Of a stretch of DNA of 64,000 nt, positions 37,846-50,358 are shown in pieces. The notes beneath the pieces are model-generated. The model did not search any database. It was not told where the DNA came from and worked only from the letters and a program-made list of their open reading frames with translations. Both the position numbers and the translations under genes were made by a program. How positions within the stretch are numbered: position 1 is the stretch's first letter; every line of letters starts with the position of its first letter. Source of the stretch: Octopus sinensis (taxonomy: Eukaryota); contig NC_043011.1 in the NCBI RefSeq assembly GCF_006345805.1, positions 992,001 to 1,056,000 on the forward strand, read 5' to 3'.

Positions 37846-38434
37846 TTATATTTGAGACTATAATAACTCCAAGTACTAAACTGCTGATGCACATGGGTAG
37901 ATATGCTCTTTCAACATTTATTTCAGCCAACAATATCTCATGGCATCTGTGATGAATAAAATGCAGGCAAAATTTTGTTGAAACTGTCATTTTACCCTGA
38001 TTCAAACCTTTCATTAGAAATCAGCATAGGTTCTACCTTTCAGCTTTTCTCTCACAATTCTTATTACACTCACCTTTGTCTCATAATACCTTATGAGAGA
38101 CAGCAACATATATATTTAGCAGACATACAATTAGCATCTCTCTCTCTCTCTTGTACATTTATACAAAACTAAACAACAGAAGTAACACTTGTACATATAT
38201 CTTTATCTTCAAGTCATTTAGAAGGAAATTTTCCATAAGTGAATTTTATAGCTTTCTGATAGAGTGAGAAAATGAAAATAAATATTTATATTAATTTGCA
38301 AATGCATTGTTATACTAAATTATTCTCTCTTCAACAACTTTGCAGCATTTTTCCCTATACTCATGCCTGTGCAATCATTTAACATTTTTATCATACCAGC
38401 ATAGGAAGAGTGGATTGTCAGTTCTTATTCAAGG

Positions 38435-38863
38435 AGATCTTCTCGGTTTGAACGGCAGTTTTTTCTAGTGGTCTCATATGAAATTGTCACCCATAATTAT
38501 GACCCTAGTATCGATCTATTGCATTTCAATCTGTTTTAGGGTTAGGGTTAGGGTTAGTTAGGGGTGGGGGGAAGGGTATCTTTTTTTCTTCACAAATGTA
38601 AATAAACCCAATCTATTTCTTAAACGAGGGACATATTCATATGGCATAGAATGCTTTTTTTACCTCAATGGACGTCATTGATTGGTTGAAATTGCAGAAA
38701 TTGAAGAAATTAAAGACCAAATATCTTACAAACTATAGAATTTTCTCAATAAAACCAAGAGAAAAAGATGTTTTATAAACACATTCTATCAGTATACGAA
38801 GTTTAAAATTGTTTAGTTACGTGGAAATTATGTTAAAAACTGCCGTTCAAACCGAAAAGATCC
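38435..38863. mobile_element. MITE with 8-bp TSD (Merlin- or hAT/P-like) carrying a TTAGGG tract
   Basis: TIRs gatcttctcggtttgaacggcagttttt / aaaaactgccgttcaaaccgaaaagatcc. TSD ATTCAAGG at 38427-38434 and 38864-38871. (TTAGGG)3 at 38536-38553. Confidence 0.85.
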
Positions 38864-39367
38864 ATTCAAGGCATTGTGTCTTGCTTGCTCATTTTATTTT
38901 GGCCTGATTTTGAGTGCTGGTTGCTCTTGCTAACATCAGTCATTTTACAGAGAACCATGAATACATTTTATAATGGTCCCGATACTAGAGATCTTGCAAG
39001 ACAAACAAGTTGTCTCTTCACTGTTTCTGTTTGTTTGAGGATATATGTGAACCAGAGAGTGGTCAGAAGGGAGAATGTAAATGTGATGGAGAGAAACCAG
39101 CTGACAGAAGCAAAATGGTGGTTGGGGAGAGAGTAATGGAAAAAGGAAAGTGATAAGTAATTATATGTTTGCGTAGATGTAGTTATGAAAGAAGGAGTAA
39201 TTGCAGCGTGTGTGTGTGTGGAGACAATGTATGACGATGGAAAGATTGTTAGGTAAGAAAGTAATGTGTGCAAAAGAGAGAGAGAGAGAGTTGAAGTAAA
39301 ATAATGATGGTAAGAGGGAGTAAGTGTTGGATGTCAATAAAGATATGCAGTAGTAAATGAAGGTTAA

Positions 39368-39755
39368 TGGGACAGCTGCCCAAGGTGTCACACGGTGGGA
39401 TTTGAAACCATGTGCATGTGGTTGGGAAGCAAACTTCTTACCACACAGCCATACTTGCAACTACCATATATATATATATATATTTATATATATTTGCATC
39501 TACCATATATGTGGCACGTAAAAAGCACCATCCGACCATGGCCGTTTGCCAGCCCAGTCTGACCCCCATGCTGGTGGCACGTAAAAGCACCCACTACACT
39601 CACGGAGTGGTTGGCATTAGGAAGGGCATCCAGCCATAGAAACATTGCCAGATCAGACTGGGCCTGGTGCAGCCTTCTGGCTTCCCAGACCCCAGTCGAA
39701 CCGTCCAACCCATGCTAGCATGGAAAGCAGACGCTAAATGATGATGATGATGATA
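39368..39755. mobile_element. SINE head fragment (minus) and RTE-tailed SINE 3' part (plus) ending in (TGA)n
   Basis: ctgcccaagg...cttaccacacagcc; then gcacgtaaaagcacccactac...ggaagggcatccagcc...catgctagcatggaaagcagacgctaaatgatgatga. The tail recurs inverted at 44191 and 48261. Confidence 0.75.
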
Positions 39756-39773
39756 TATATATACTAGCACCTA

Positions 39774-39829
<56 letters not shown>

Positions 39830-39943
39830 TATATATATATGTATATATGTATATATGTATATATATATGTATATATATATATATGTATATGTATATATAT
39901 ATATGTATATGTATATGCATATATATATATGTATATGTATATG

Positions 39944-39975
<32 letters not shown>

Positions 39976-40012
39976 TATGTATATGTATATATATATATGT
40001 ATATGTATATAT

Positions 40013-40074
<62 letters not shown>

Positions 40075-40570
40075 TTGTATCTACCATATATATACATACA
40101 CACTGACATGCGCACACACATACACACACACACACACACACACTGTGTTTCGAATTATTAACAATGTAACATTTTTTCATTTCATTTAAAAACTGCTGGC
40201 TGGAATTCAACAGAATTCCCTCAGAATGATGGCAACAGTTATATGGCGTGTGTAAAAAAACATGAGGTCTTACACAAGAGCAAAACAAACCATGGCCATT
40301 CACATGCTTTTCACGAACTTTCAGTGTTCCAAATTATTAAAGCATGGTCTGATAATCGTGTAATTATGAATTGTAAATATGACTTAACTGCTTCAGAAAA
40401 ATTTGTTATTACTTCTGGACTTTCAATAGGTAAATCAACATTAGAAATATCGAAAATAATTGGAGGATATCACCAGGCACAGGTGTGGCTATGTAGGAAG
40501 AAGCTTGTTTCTCAGTCACATTGTTCCAGGTTCAGTCCCACTGTGGGCCACCTTGGGCAAGTGTCTACTA

Positions 40571-41842
40571 TCAGGTCATCCCATGAGTTCTGCCGATTTT
40601 ACCTTTTTTAAAATTGAATGAAATTTAATAGTATTTTAGAATGTCTAATGGAATTAAAAATTATTTTTATGCATTTGTGTACATTTAAACTAAGTAAATA
40701 TTGTTTTACAGAATAATAGAATTAAAATTTCTTTAATTAAAACACTTTCTAACATGGAACTATCGAAAGAGCATTTAAGACACATAATGTGTTATGAGCA
40801 CAAAAAAGGAAACTCTCCAGCCAAAGTGACTTGAAACATACACTCAGTTTATGGGAAAGAATGCTTGAATGAAAGAACTTGCGAAAGATGGTTTGCAAAA
40901 TTCAGAAGTGGAGATTTCAGCCTTGAAGATAAAGATCAAACAGAACGTCCAGTTGAGTTTGAGGATAAGCTCCTTGAGGCATTACTTGAAGAAAATCCTG
41001 CATTATTAGTTGAAGAATTGGCAATAAAGCTTAATTCAAACCATACAACTGTTCATCGTCATCTTCAACAACTTGGAAAGGCTCCTAAACTTGGAAAATG
41101 GGTGCCTCATGAATTGTCCGAAGGCAACCACAGGTCATGAGTTGACATCTGCTCTTCTCTCCATTCTCATGAACTCATTTCACCCTTTTTGGATAGACTT
41201 GTGATTGGTGACGAAAAATGGATATTCTGTCAAAATGCTAAACATTGTAAACAGAAGCTTGGTAAAAGGGAAAAAGCTCAACCAGAACAAAGAAGGGAAC
41301 TTCATAGAAAAAGTTCTTCTCTCTATCTGGTGGGATTGCAAAAGAGTAATTCACTTTGAATTGTTACCACCTAATGCGACAATCAATGACAGTCTACAGT
41401 CAGCAATTTGAACATTTGAATCAAGCTTTGAAAAAAAAAAGACCCGCTTTAGTGAACCGAAAAGGAGTGATGCTTCATCAGGACAATGCGTGAAAAATCA
41501 CATCACAGAAGATCGAAGAGCTTGGTTGGGAAAAAAATTCCTCATCTACCCTATTCTCCTGACCTTGCTCTTTCAGAATACCATTTGTTTCATAGTTTAC
41601 AGAATCGTTTGGGGGACATAAGTTTCACAAGCCAGGAGGAGGTTGAAACTGACATTTCAGAGTACTTCGGTTTGAAATCAAAAGAGTTTTACATTGATGG
41701 GATTAAAAAGCTTGTAAATAGATGGAAGGAAGTCATAGATAATCAGGGAAAGTACATTGATGATTAAATTTCAATTAAATATAACATTTGATCACTTGTT
41801 TTCTTTATTCAAAATTCGAACTGAACTTATGGGATGACCTGA
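40571..41842 (+). mobile_element. Full-length mariner element (1272 bp)
   Basis: TIRs tcaggtcatcccatgagttc / gaacttatgggatgacctga with TA TSD. Confidence 0.9.
40754..41767 (+). pseudogene. Mariner transposase pseudogene
   Basis: WFAKFRSGDFSLED, WVPHEL, GDEKW, HQDNA, YSPDLA; several stops and frameshifts. Confidence 0.88.
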
Positions 41843-41918
41843 TATTATAGCCTCGGGCTGACCAAAGTTTTGTGAGTGGATTTAGTAGACAGAAGCTGAA
41901 AGAAGCCTGTCGTATATA

Positions 41919-43090
41919 CAGGAGTTGGACAAAATAATGGAAACACCTCGCATCATGGTTTTGAAATATCTATAAAATTGTCAAAAGCTTGTTAATTTTT
42001 ATGTTTTTTTATTTATTATTAGTGTTGCTTAATATGTCTTGCTAAAATTGCTGTTTCTTTTTGGATATCATCTGAAAAAGGTAATTAAAATTCATTAAAA
42101 TAATATATCTATTAGACTTTCAAAGTGGCCAAATCATTGGTGCTTGTATGGCAGGTGTTAGCATAATGAAAACAGTCGAAATGTTTGGTGTATCAAGAAG
42201 TACTGTCTTGAAAATAATGACAGCACTTGAGAAAGAAGGAAAAAACCTCTTCGTTGAAACAAAACTCCAGAAGAAAACCAGAACTTTCTGATAGGGACTG
42301 TCGGTCTTATGCAAATTGTTAGAAAGGATCACTAAAGTACAGCTCCCAAAATTACTGCAGAGCTTAATGACCACCTCGAGAACCCTGTTTCCACAAAAAT
42401 TGTTCACTGGAAGCTGCACAAAGCCGGATTTCACAGGCTGCAATCAGAGAACCACTATGTTCAAAAACAAATGTTGCAAAGCATTTAGAGTGGAGTAAAA
42501 ACCTACAGGATTGGTCCCTAGAGCAGTGGAAGAATGTTATTCTCTTGGATGAGTTATTCTTTTACCTTATTTCTGACCAACAGCCGAGTATACATATGGA
42601 GACAGCCAAAAGAAGAATTTGACCCAGACTGCTTTCTTCCAACTGTTAAACATGGAGGAGGATTTGCGATGATCTGGGGCGGGGGGGCTATATCTTGGAA
42701 ATCCGCTGGCCGAATGGTTTCCCTTCATGGCAGAATTAATAGTCAAGACTATTTAAGCATTTTATCTGATTGAATTCATCCTATTATTGCAGAACTGTGT
42801 CTGGAGGGAAACACAATCTTTCAGGATGATAATGCAGCAATTCACACTGCTAAAGTTGTTAGTTGTTACTGAATGGCACAAGGAACATTCTAGTGAAGTT
42901 GAACATCTTATCTGGCCACCACAGTCCCCAGATTTCGATATTATTGAACACTTATGGGGCATTTTAGAAAAGCAAGTAAGGAGTCGATATCTTCCACCAT
43001 CATCACTACAAGAACTGGAGACTGTTTTAGCTGAAGAATGGACAAAAATCCCTTAGGAAACAATTCAAACTTTGTATGGGTCCATACCTC
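41919..43090 (+). mobile_element. Tc1-like element B (3'-truncated, DD34E-type transposase relic)
   Basis: TA-caggagttggacaaaataatggaaacacc start; PTVKHGGG..MIWG, FQDDNA..H and WPPQSPDFDIIEHLW. No right TIR seen. Confidence 0.85.
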
Positions 43091-43806
43091 ATACTGCAAC
43101 TTAGTGATACAGCAAAACTGACTGATAGAATAAGTACTAGGCTTAGAAAGAATAAATCTGGGGTTGATGTCTTTGAATAAAACCCTTTTAGGTGGTGCTC
43201 CAGCATGGCCACAGTTAACTGACTCAAACAAGTAAAAGTAAAAGAATAAACTGTGAGAAAATTTGTTACAGCTCCTATGGAGATACATAAGAGAGTCAAC
43301 AATGGTCAGTCAAGGGTTGTTTCTCAATGTTCTCTGTCACGAATTAAGTGTGAAGCTGTAAAAACCCAGCTCTTACAAGTGGAGAACATTCTAAGCACAT
43401 TGGCGAAACAATTGTGTCTAGAACTATCCAATGTTGTCTTATGAAAATGGTCAGTAAACCAGTGACACCACTTAAAAGGCCTCCTTTAAGTAAAATACAC
43501 ATACTAAATTGTTTGAGATGGGCAGAAGATAACATGAAGGTTTGACTATTCAAAAGTTTTGATTATTATCGGAACTCATGCTATCCTTGATGGACCTGAT
43601 TATTGGAGCAAAAGATGGGTTGTAAATGGACGAGATCATCATCGACACTTGAGATGCCATCAAGGAGGAGGAGGCATTATGATTTGGGTAGGTATTATTG
43701 GAGGTATTATGGTTGGTCCTTGGAAAGTGCCTGGCAGTGTTAAAATGAATGTGGATGCTTTATATAGGGTTTCTGATGGAGCACCTTGAACCATGGTTAA
43801 CAAAAG

Positions 43807-43990
43807 CAGTGCTCTGCAACCTTTTCCCCTTGTGGTGTACTTATATTCTTTTCAAAATTCAACAGCACACCTGAACTAAAAATATAACTAAAAGTAAAGG
43901 GGAAAAAAATATATTCAGGTTACACTGCAGCACACATAGCATTGTCTCATGGCACACCAGTGTGCCATGGCATACGGTTGCAGAGCACTG
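43807..43990. mobile_element. hAT (Charlie-like) MITE
   Basis: TIRs cagtgctctgcaacc / ggttgcagagcactg. The right flank TTCTAGAT fits the nTCTAGAn target preference; the left TSD is not preserved. Confidence 0.7.
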
Positions 43991-44190
43991 TTCTAGATAA
44001 CCATAATATTCATGCAAGATAATGCACCCTCACACTCAGTGAAGAAAACTACAGAATATCTGCAACAATTAGGCTTCTGTGACCTTGGATGAGGAAGTGG
44101 CCTGCCTCTTAAACCCAAAGGAAAACTTGTGTAGTCTTCTGAAGTGATGAGTTTATGAGAATGAATGCCAATTTAAGAGCAAGGATGAAC

Positions 44191-44415
44191 TCATCATCAT
44201 CATCATTATCATTTAACGTCCGTTCTCCATGCTAGAATGGGTTGGACGGTTCGACTGGGATCTGTGAAGCCAGAAGGTTGCACCAGGCTCCAGTCTCATC
44301 TGGCAGTGTTTCTACAGCTGGATGCCCTTCCTAACGCCAACTACTCTGCGAGTGTAGTGGTTGCTTTTTCATGCCACAGGCACAGGTGCCAGGCGAGGCT
44401 GGCAAGTGGCAAGCA
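44191..44415 (-). mobile_element. RTE-tailed SINE 3' part
   Basis: (tca)n-tttaacgtccgttctccatgctag...ggatgcccttcctaacgcc. Confidence 0.8.
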
Positions 44416-44924
44416 AAAGTGGATGTATCTCATGGTTTAACATCAGAGGAGATTCGTGTTCCATGGACCAGCACCTTTTCCAACTTATTTCAAACAAAGG
44501 CTCATACATCCCTTGCTAATTACCTCACCTATCGTTTTTGAATGCTGTTTATTTGTTTATTTCTATTTCTCCCATCTTTATGATTATATGTGTTCATTTC
44601 AGTATGTACCTCAAACAATTAAACTGGTATTTTCTTGTTTACATGAGTTTTAATTACAGCTTGCTAATAATTTGAAACAGCGAAAGTTTATGTAACTTTG
44701 GTAAATGGCCGTAGTTTCTGTGTTGTTCTACAGAACCTCATGCTTTTTACACACAATGTACATATAACTGTTGCCATCATTCTGCACTACTTCTGTTGAA
44801 TTCCAGAAATATATTTAAAAAAAAAGATTTTAAAATGTTATGTCATTAATAATTTGGAACACAGTGAATATATATAACATTTCTGGTAGAATCCGTAAAT
44901 AAATATGCACATTCATTTATATGT

Positions 44925-44955
<31 letters not shown>

Positions 44956-45398
44956 CAACCTTCTTCCATATATAATTAACAAATGATGTTTAAAATAACA
45001 TCATCTTAAATGTCTCTACTCTTTTACTCTTTTACTTGTTTCAGCCATCCGGCTGAGGCCATGCTGGGGCACCACTGATGAAGTTAATTCCTCTTCAAAA
45101 CTACTAATATTGACACAGACAACATTGAGATCAACATTCTGTGTATTCCTACTTTGATAACATGCATTTTGTCTAATTGGTTTAATGGATGTTTTGTTAA
45201 TGTGTTGATATTATATTCAATTGAATTTCAAGACTAGATTATACACTTACTTTTTCTAATTTAATTTAATCACCTCCAGTTAATGATTATTTTTGTTAAA
45301 ATAACATTACAATTAATTCTCCGAGATGTTGACACTTGTCATTTGTAAAGTTTCCAGTGTTTCAGTTGAAAAAAGAAGAAAAACTGTTATACTGTTAT

Positions 45399-45561
45399 AG
45401 GCGCAGGAGTGGCTGTGTGGTAAGTAGCTTGCTAACCAGCCACATGGTTCCGGGTTCAGTCCCACTGCATGGCATCTTGGGCAAGTGTCTTCTGCTATAG
45501 CCTCGGGCCGACCAAAGCCTTGTGAGTGGATTTGGTAGACGGAAACTGAAAGAAGCCTGTC

Positions 45562-45601
<40 letters not shown>

Positions 45602-45806
45602 ATATGTGTGTTTGTGTTTGTCCCCCTAGCATTGCTTGACAACCGATGCTGGTGTGTTTACATCCCCGTCACTTAGTGGTTCAGCAAAAGAGACTGATAG
45701 AATAAGTACTGGGCTTACAAAGAATAAGTCCTGGGGTCGATTTGCTCGATTAAAGGTGGTGCTCCAGCATGGCCACAGTCAAATGACTGAAACAAGTGAA
45801 AAAAAA
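45399..45806 (+). mobile_element. Full-length tRNA-derived SINE with internal (TA)n
   Basis: aggcgcaggagtggctgtgtggtaag...ggttcagtccc head, central domain, and tail ggtggtgctccagcatggccacagtcaaatgactgaaacaag. Confidence 0.85.
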
Positions 45807-46819
45807 ACATACACTACAAGCTTCACCTGCAGTTATGGAAATCTTGGTGGTCTAAATGAATCCCAAACCCAAATATTTGCTGATATAAGTGCTGCCAAAC
45901 AATAATAATAATTCTTAACCAATTTTGTGGGAATGATAATAATTATTTTTAATTTAAGAGCAAAGCTCAGTTTTAAAGAGAGGGTTTTAGTCAATACCTT
46001 TGATCCAAATATCTAACCATTATTTTTTTGAGCCCAGGGAGATCAATGGTAAAGTTGACCCTAGTAGGATTTGAACTCAGATGTTAGAAATCCAGAGTAA
46101 CTGCCACAAAGCATTCTATCCAATGCTTTAATTATGCTGCCAATTCACTGTTTAAATCAGTTGTTCTCAACCATTTTCTTACCTATGGTACCCCTTTGAT
46201 TTCTATTTTACTCTACTTGATCTCCATAGCCATTCAATGTATATAAAAAATTCTTACTGTATTTTTATAATTAAATATTATTAGGAATTGCACTCAAAAA
46301 AATTTAATTATTTTGCGTATTGTAGAAGTATGAGCAATTTATTGCACATATATATTAACAACAAAATCTTGTATGGACACCAATGATCTCCATTGAAAAC
46401 CATTGACGTAAATTACAATGACAAAAATAATATGCTTGAAAATTCGTTTGAAACATTGCAATACGTAAGCAAAATAGAGAGGTTTAATAAAACCTTATGG
46501 CAATGTGAGTGAGGAATAAAACAGAATAAGATATGGTGTTGCTTACAAATAACAAATATGTCAAAATATTTAAAATTTCATTTTTAATATTTCAATAATT
46601 GGATTATCAAAAAATCCATTTTCAGTTAGTGTGAGAAAAGTTCTCTTACTCAGTTCATAGCCACCTCCATCTGTCTTCTGACAGAAAATTGCCTATTATA
46701 CTGCTTTATAATTCAGCAGTTTTTATGTTAGTCCTTTCTATTATAAGTCCAACCTGAAATTTATGTTACAAAGTATAGCAACATATAGGCACTTTTGTCT
46801 CAAAGTCAGTTTAAAGAAA

Positions 46820-47560
46820 ACAAAAGTCCTCCATCAACCTGCACTACAACAAGAATACGTTTCACTTCACATCACCATTAGGGACAGTCAACCTGTTCAC
46901 CTATCTGGGGTGCACCATCTTGTCAGATACCAAAATTGACATCAAACTGGCCAAGGCAAAGGGTGCATCTATCAGACTGTATAAAAGTGTCTCAGAAGAA
47001 AGAACTAAAATTGGTGTAATCAGAGTTGTCGTTCTGGCCACCCTCTTGTACAGTTCAGAGTCATGGGTCACCTTTTAGCACTACCTATGACTCCTTGAGT
47101 GAGTCAATCAGTGATAGCTTCCCTCATCCTCAACAACCATTGGAGTGACCGTCATTAACATCGAGGTCCTAAAGAAGCAACTTAGCTGAAGACACGGCTC
47201 TGCTGGGCAGAACGTGTCACGAGGATGGAGGATCATCCACTTCCCATGATCATCCTGTATGGTGAACTTTACTCTGGTCACCATGATTGAAGATGTACAA
47301 GTACTTCCTAAAGAAATCTCTCCACCAATGATCTGTTCTTGCCACTGACTGTGAAGCCTGGTATCTTACTGTCTTCTGGACTACAGCCTCCTTTATAGAC
47401 ACTCACAGGACCATACTTGCAGACAAAAGAGGGAAAGGAGGAAAAACAAGGTTTATAACAACCAGCCCTGATCAACTCACCTTCCCATGCAGCCTCTGCA
47501 GTCATGTCTGTTTTTCCTGAATTAGACTCGTCAAGCATCAGCAAACCTTCATCTGATGTG
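46820..47560 (+). pseudogene. RTE-clade LINE RT C-terminal relic
   Basis: FTYLGCTIL..ID..LAKAKGA, VVVLATLLYSSESWVT; heavily broken. Boundaries approximate. Confidence 0.65.
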
Positions 47561-47663
47561 GACACCCAACTCCATAAATTATCACTTCACAAAGCCAAAG
47601 CGAGGTGTGTATGTATATATATATGTGTGTGTGTGCATGTGTGTGTATGTACACACAAACACA

Positions 47664-47697
<34 letters not shown>

Positions 47698-48260
47698 GAA
47701 ATAGCAGATTTATTAGATACTGCTTGGTTGTGAGTGAAAATTTGACTGCTGGCAACTTTGCTTTTTTATGACTGCTAAGTTGATAGAATGTGTTTCAGTA
47801 ACAATTCGAATGTAGACTTCAATGCTTCACTAGTGTCAATCAAGAAGTTAAAGCTACGGGAAAAAAGTTTTCTGTTTTAAATCAAAATTTAATTTTTATT
47901 CAAATTTTAGATTTTCATTTTTATTTTCAAATTTAGTTAACATTTTCCCAACACATGAATCATTGCTAATCCATTTAGTGAAAGAAAGAATGATAATTGG
48001 GATTCTTAGCAATATTTTTGATAGAATCCTGATCCATCGTTTTGTTATGGAGCAATGTTTTAACATTCTAATATCCTGTTTTTTCCAAACTCTTTTGAGT
48101 GATATTCTACTTTGTACAAGAAAATTACTTTCCATGAATAATAAAGAAGTTAATTTTGGATAATAAGGTATTTTCTTCGTAATGCAAGTTGAAGTGGGTG
48201 GGTTTTGTTTTCCAAAATCATTGTTATAAATCAGGGAGACGAAAACATTCTGGATTTCGA

Positions 48261-48450
48261 TCATCATCATCATCATCATCATCATTTAGCGTCCGTTTTC
48301 CATGCTAGCATGGGTTGGACGGTTCAACTGGGGTCTGTGAAGCTGGAAGGCTTCATCAGGCCCAGTCAGATCTGGCAGTATTTCTACGGCTGGATGCCCT
48401 TCCTAATGCCAACCACTCCTTGAGTGTAGTGGGTGCTTTTTACGTGCCAT
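48261..48450 (-). mobile_element. RTE-tailed SINE 3' part
   Basis: (cat)n-ttagcgtccgttttccatgctagcatgggttggacgg. Confidence 0.8.
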
Positions 48451-49451
48451 AATTCTTTGCTACAAACAAGTAGGTTATTGTTATATGAAAACAGAAAGAA
48501 TTACACAAAATTGTCTTTGAAACTACTTATAAGAAAATGAGAAGATAAATGGTTTGAAAATCCCAAAGCAACAAGGGGTGAATACATTATCAAAGATAAC
48601 CGTATAAGGTCAAATTATCATAATTCTCATACAAAGTAAAAACAAATAAATCCAAATCAATGCAAAGTATAAAAAGGAGTCAAATCACAATTCATTTCTT
48701 TCTTTGTTCAGATAGTTCTAGAGAATATCTTTTTCACTTGTTTCTTTTTATCAAAAAACATCTTATTTGCTTTTTATCATTCTCTTTATAATTTCATATT
48801 ATTTTTAATTAAAAATTATAGATTTAATATAATTTCTATAAAAGTAAAATAATATATGGCTTGATTAATATTCATAATGTTCATGTCATTAATATAACAA
48901 TATAGGCACATACACACATACACACACACTCTCACATGTACACGTGTGTTTATGGATATATATATATATATATAGTGTGTGTATGTATGTTTATACATAT
49001 ATATGCATATATATACCGTATGTGTATGTATATATATATATGTATGTTTATATGTGTGCGTGGATATATATATGTGTGTGTGTTTGTGTGTGTGTATACA
49101 TATTTGTTATGGTAATAAAGCAACACTTGCAAGAGTTGTGTAGCAGAAGATACTCAGAAAAGATGCCAAACATTTTGGCCCTTTACTCTTTACACTCTAA
49201 GGGAGCTGGTCACATCGAGGTCATGACTCTTGGATACCCCTCTGCTGCCACATTTTGTGAGACTATCAGCATTGTAATCTGCACCTTTCTGGGTAGCCAA
49301 GAGACCACTAAAGCCAAGATATCTTAGTTGCCATTACCATTTCAGTCCAAGAAACCATTTGAATGTAGAGTAAATTGTTCCTTCCGAAGTTTGCTTCATT
49401 CCTTCTTGACTAAATCCTGTCAGCTGCAATTGCTGAAAGGGTTCAATGATC

Positions 49452-49900
49452 TTATGAAGAACTCAAAGCAGAGTTTTTCATAAGATAGTTGAAAGATTTA
49501 CACACAAACACTTTTCCTTCAACTTCTATGTTCAAAATTTTGGCCTGGAAGCCACATGTTTTAGTCTTGTTGATCCGGGTTTCTGCCATTCTGCTGTCAC
49601 ATGACATAATGACTTCAATTAGAATCTTTTGTTTTGATGAGTGTGAGTGGAGTACAATATCAGGGTTGTTGTTGCTCTTGATGATTTCTGAATGTGTTTT
49701 CCATCCTTGAAGTTCTGATGAGCACTCCCAGTCATCTCCCTCATCCAGTAGAACCTGTTTCCATAATTCAATTGATTCAGCTGTTTCAGGCCACAATTGG
49801 TGGGACCTCTTAGGCTTCATCTTCTTCCTTGTAGCACAAATTGCATGTAAGATTTTTAAGCACTTGATTGTACCTTCACATGTGCCTCCCTTAGGTTAGT
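49452..49900 (-). pseudogene. Restriction-like-endonuclease LINE relic (Hero/NeSL-type)
   Basis: RYNQVLKIL, DWECSSEL, PDIVLHS..KQKILIEV; resembles the RHN..PD..(D/E) RLE motif. Confidence 0.55.
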
Positions 49901-49959
49901 GACACTTTGCATGATGATGATGATGATGATGATATTGATGATGATGTTGATGATATTGA

Positions 49960-49992
<33 letters not shown>

Positions 49993-50161
49993 TACAAAGT
50001 GAGATAGGGGTTATGAGTGTAACCCACTATGGGATATCAGTTATCCAATATACTGCTAGTGAAGTACCCAAAAGGCAAATACATAAATGCTTATAATTGC
50101 AATGCAATTAATTCATTTATTGTATTAGATGGGCGAAGGTAAAATATTTTACCTTAAAATC

Positions 50162-50296
50162 ATAATACAAATAAGAAAATGGAGGAACAGATTCCTTTCA
50201 ATCATCAACTTACAGTGGTTAATAAATAATATGAATTGGTATTATCTGTAAGTTGATGATTGAAAGGAATCTGTTCCTCCATTTTCTTATTTGTAT

Positions 50297-50299
<3 letters not shown>
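50162..50299. repeat. Perfect 54-bp-arm hairpin, 30-bp spacer
   Basis: 50162-50215 is the exact reverse complement of 50246-50299. Confidence 0.95.
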
Positions 50300-50328
<29 letters not shown>

Positions 50329-50358
50329 TTGAGTTGTGGGGTATCGCACGAGTGGGAT

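Larger units (their letters stand above)
40475..43250 (+). mobile_element. SINE inserted in Tc1-A and split by two DNA transposons
   Basis: Pieces at 40475-40570, 41843-41918 and about 43100-43250 reassemble to the family seen intact at 45399-45806. Confidence 0.8.
40141..44866 (+). mobile_element. Tc1-like element A (host of nested insertions)
   Basis: TIRs cactgtgtttcgaattattaa / ttaataatttggaacacagtg. The transposase N-terminus (DLTASEK..KSTLEISKIIGGYHQ) rejoins TVRKFVTAP at 43251, followed by LDGPD..W, QGGGGIMIW and MQDNAPSH. Confidence 0.8.

Noticed and set aside
38536-38563. TTAGGG repeats as a telomere or fusion site
   Set aside because: Only about four units, located inside a MITE with TIRs and a TSD.
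47896-48285. 129-aa minus-strand ORF as a host exon
   Set aside because: It starts in a SINE (CAT)n tail, has no recognisable motif, and I found no convincing splice-site pair.
50136-50155. Palindrome aaggtaaaatattttacctt as stem II of an HHR (similar case at about 12880-12950)
   Set aside because: Core nucleotides are missing on both strands; at most a heavily decayed relic.
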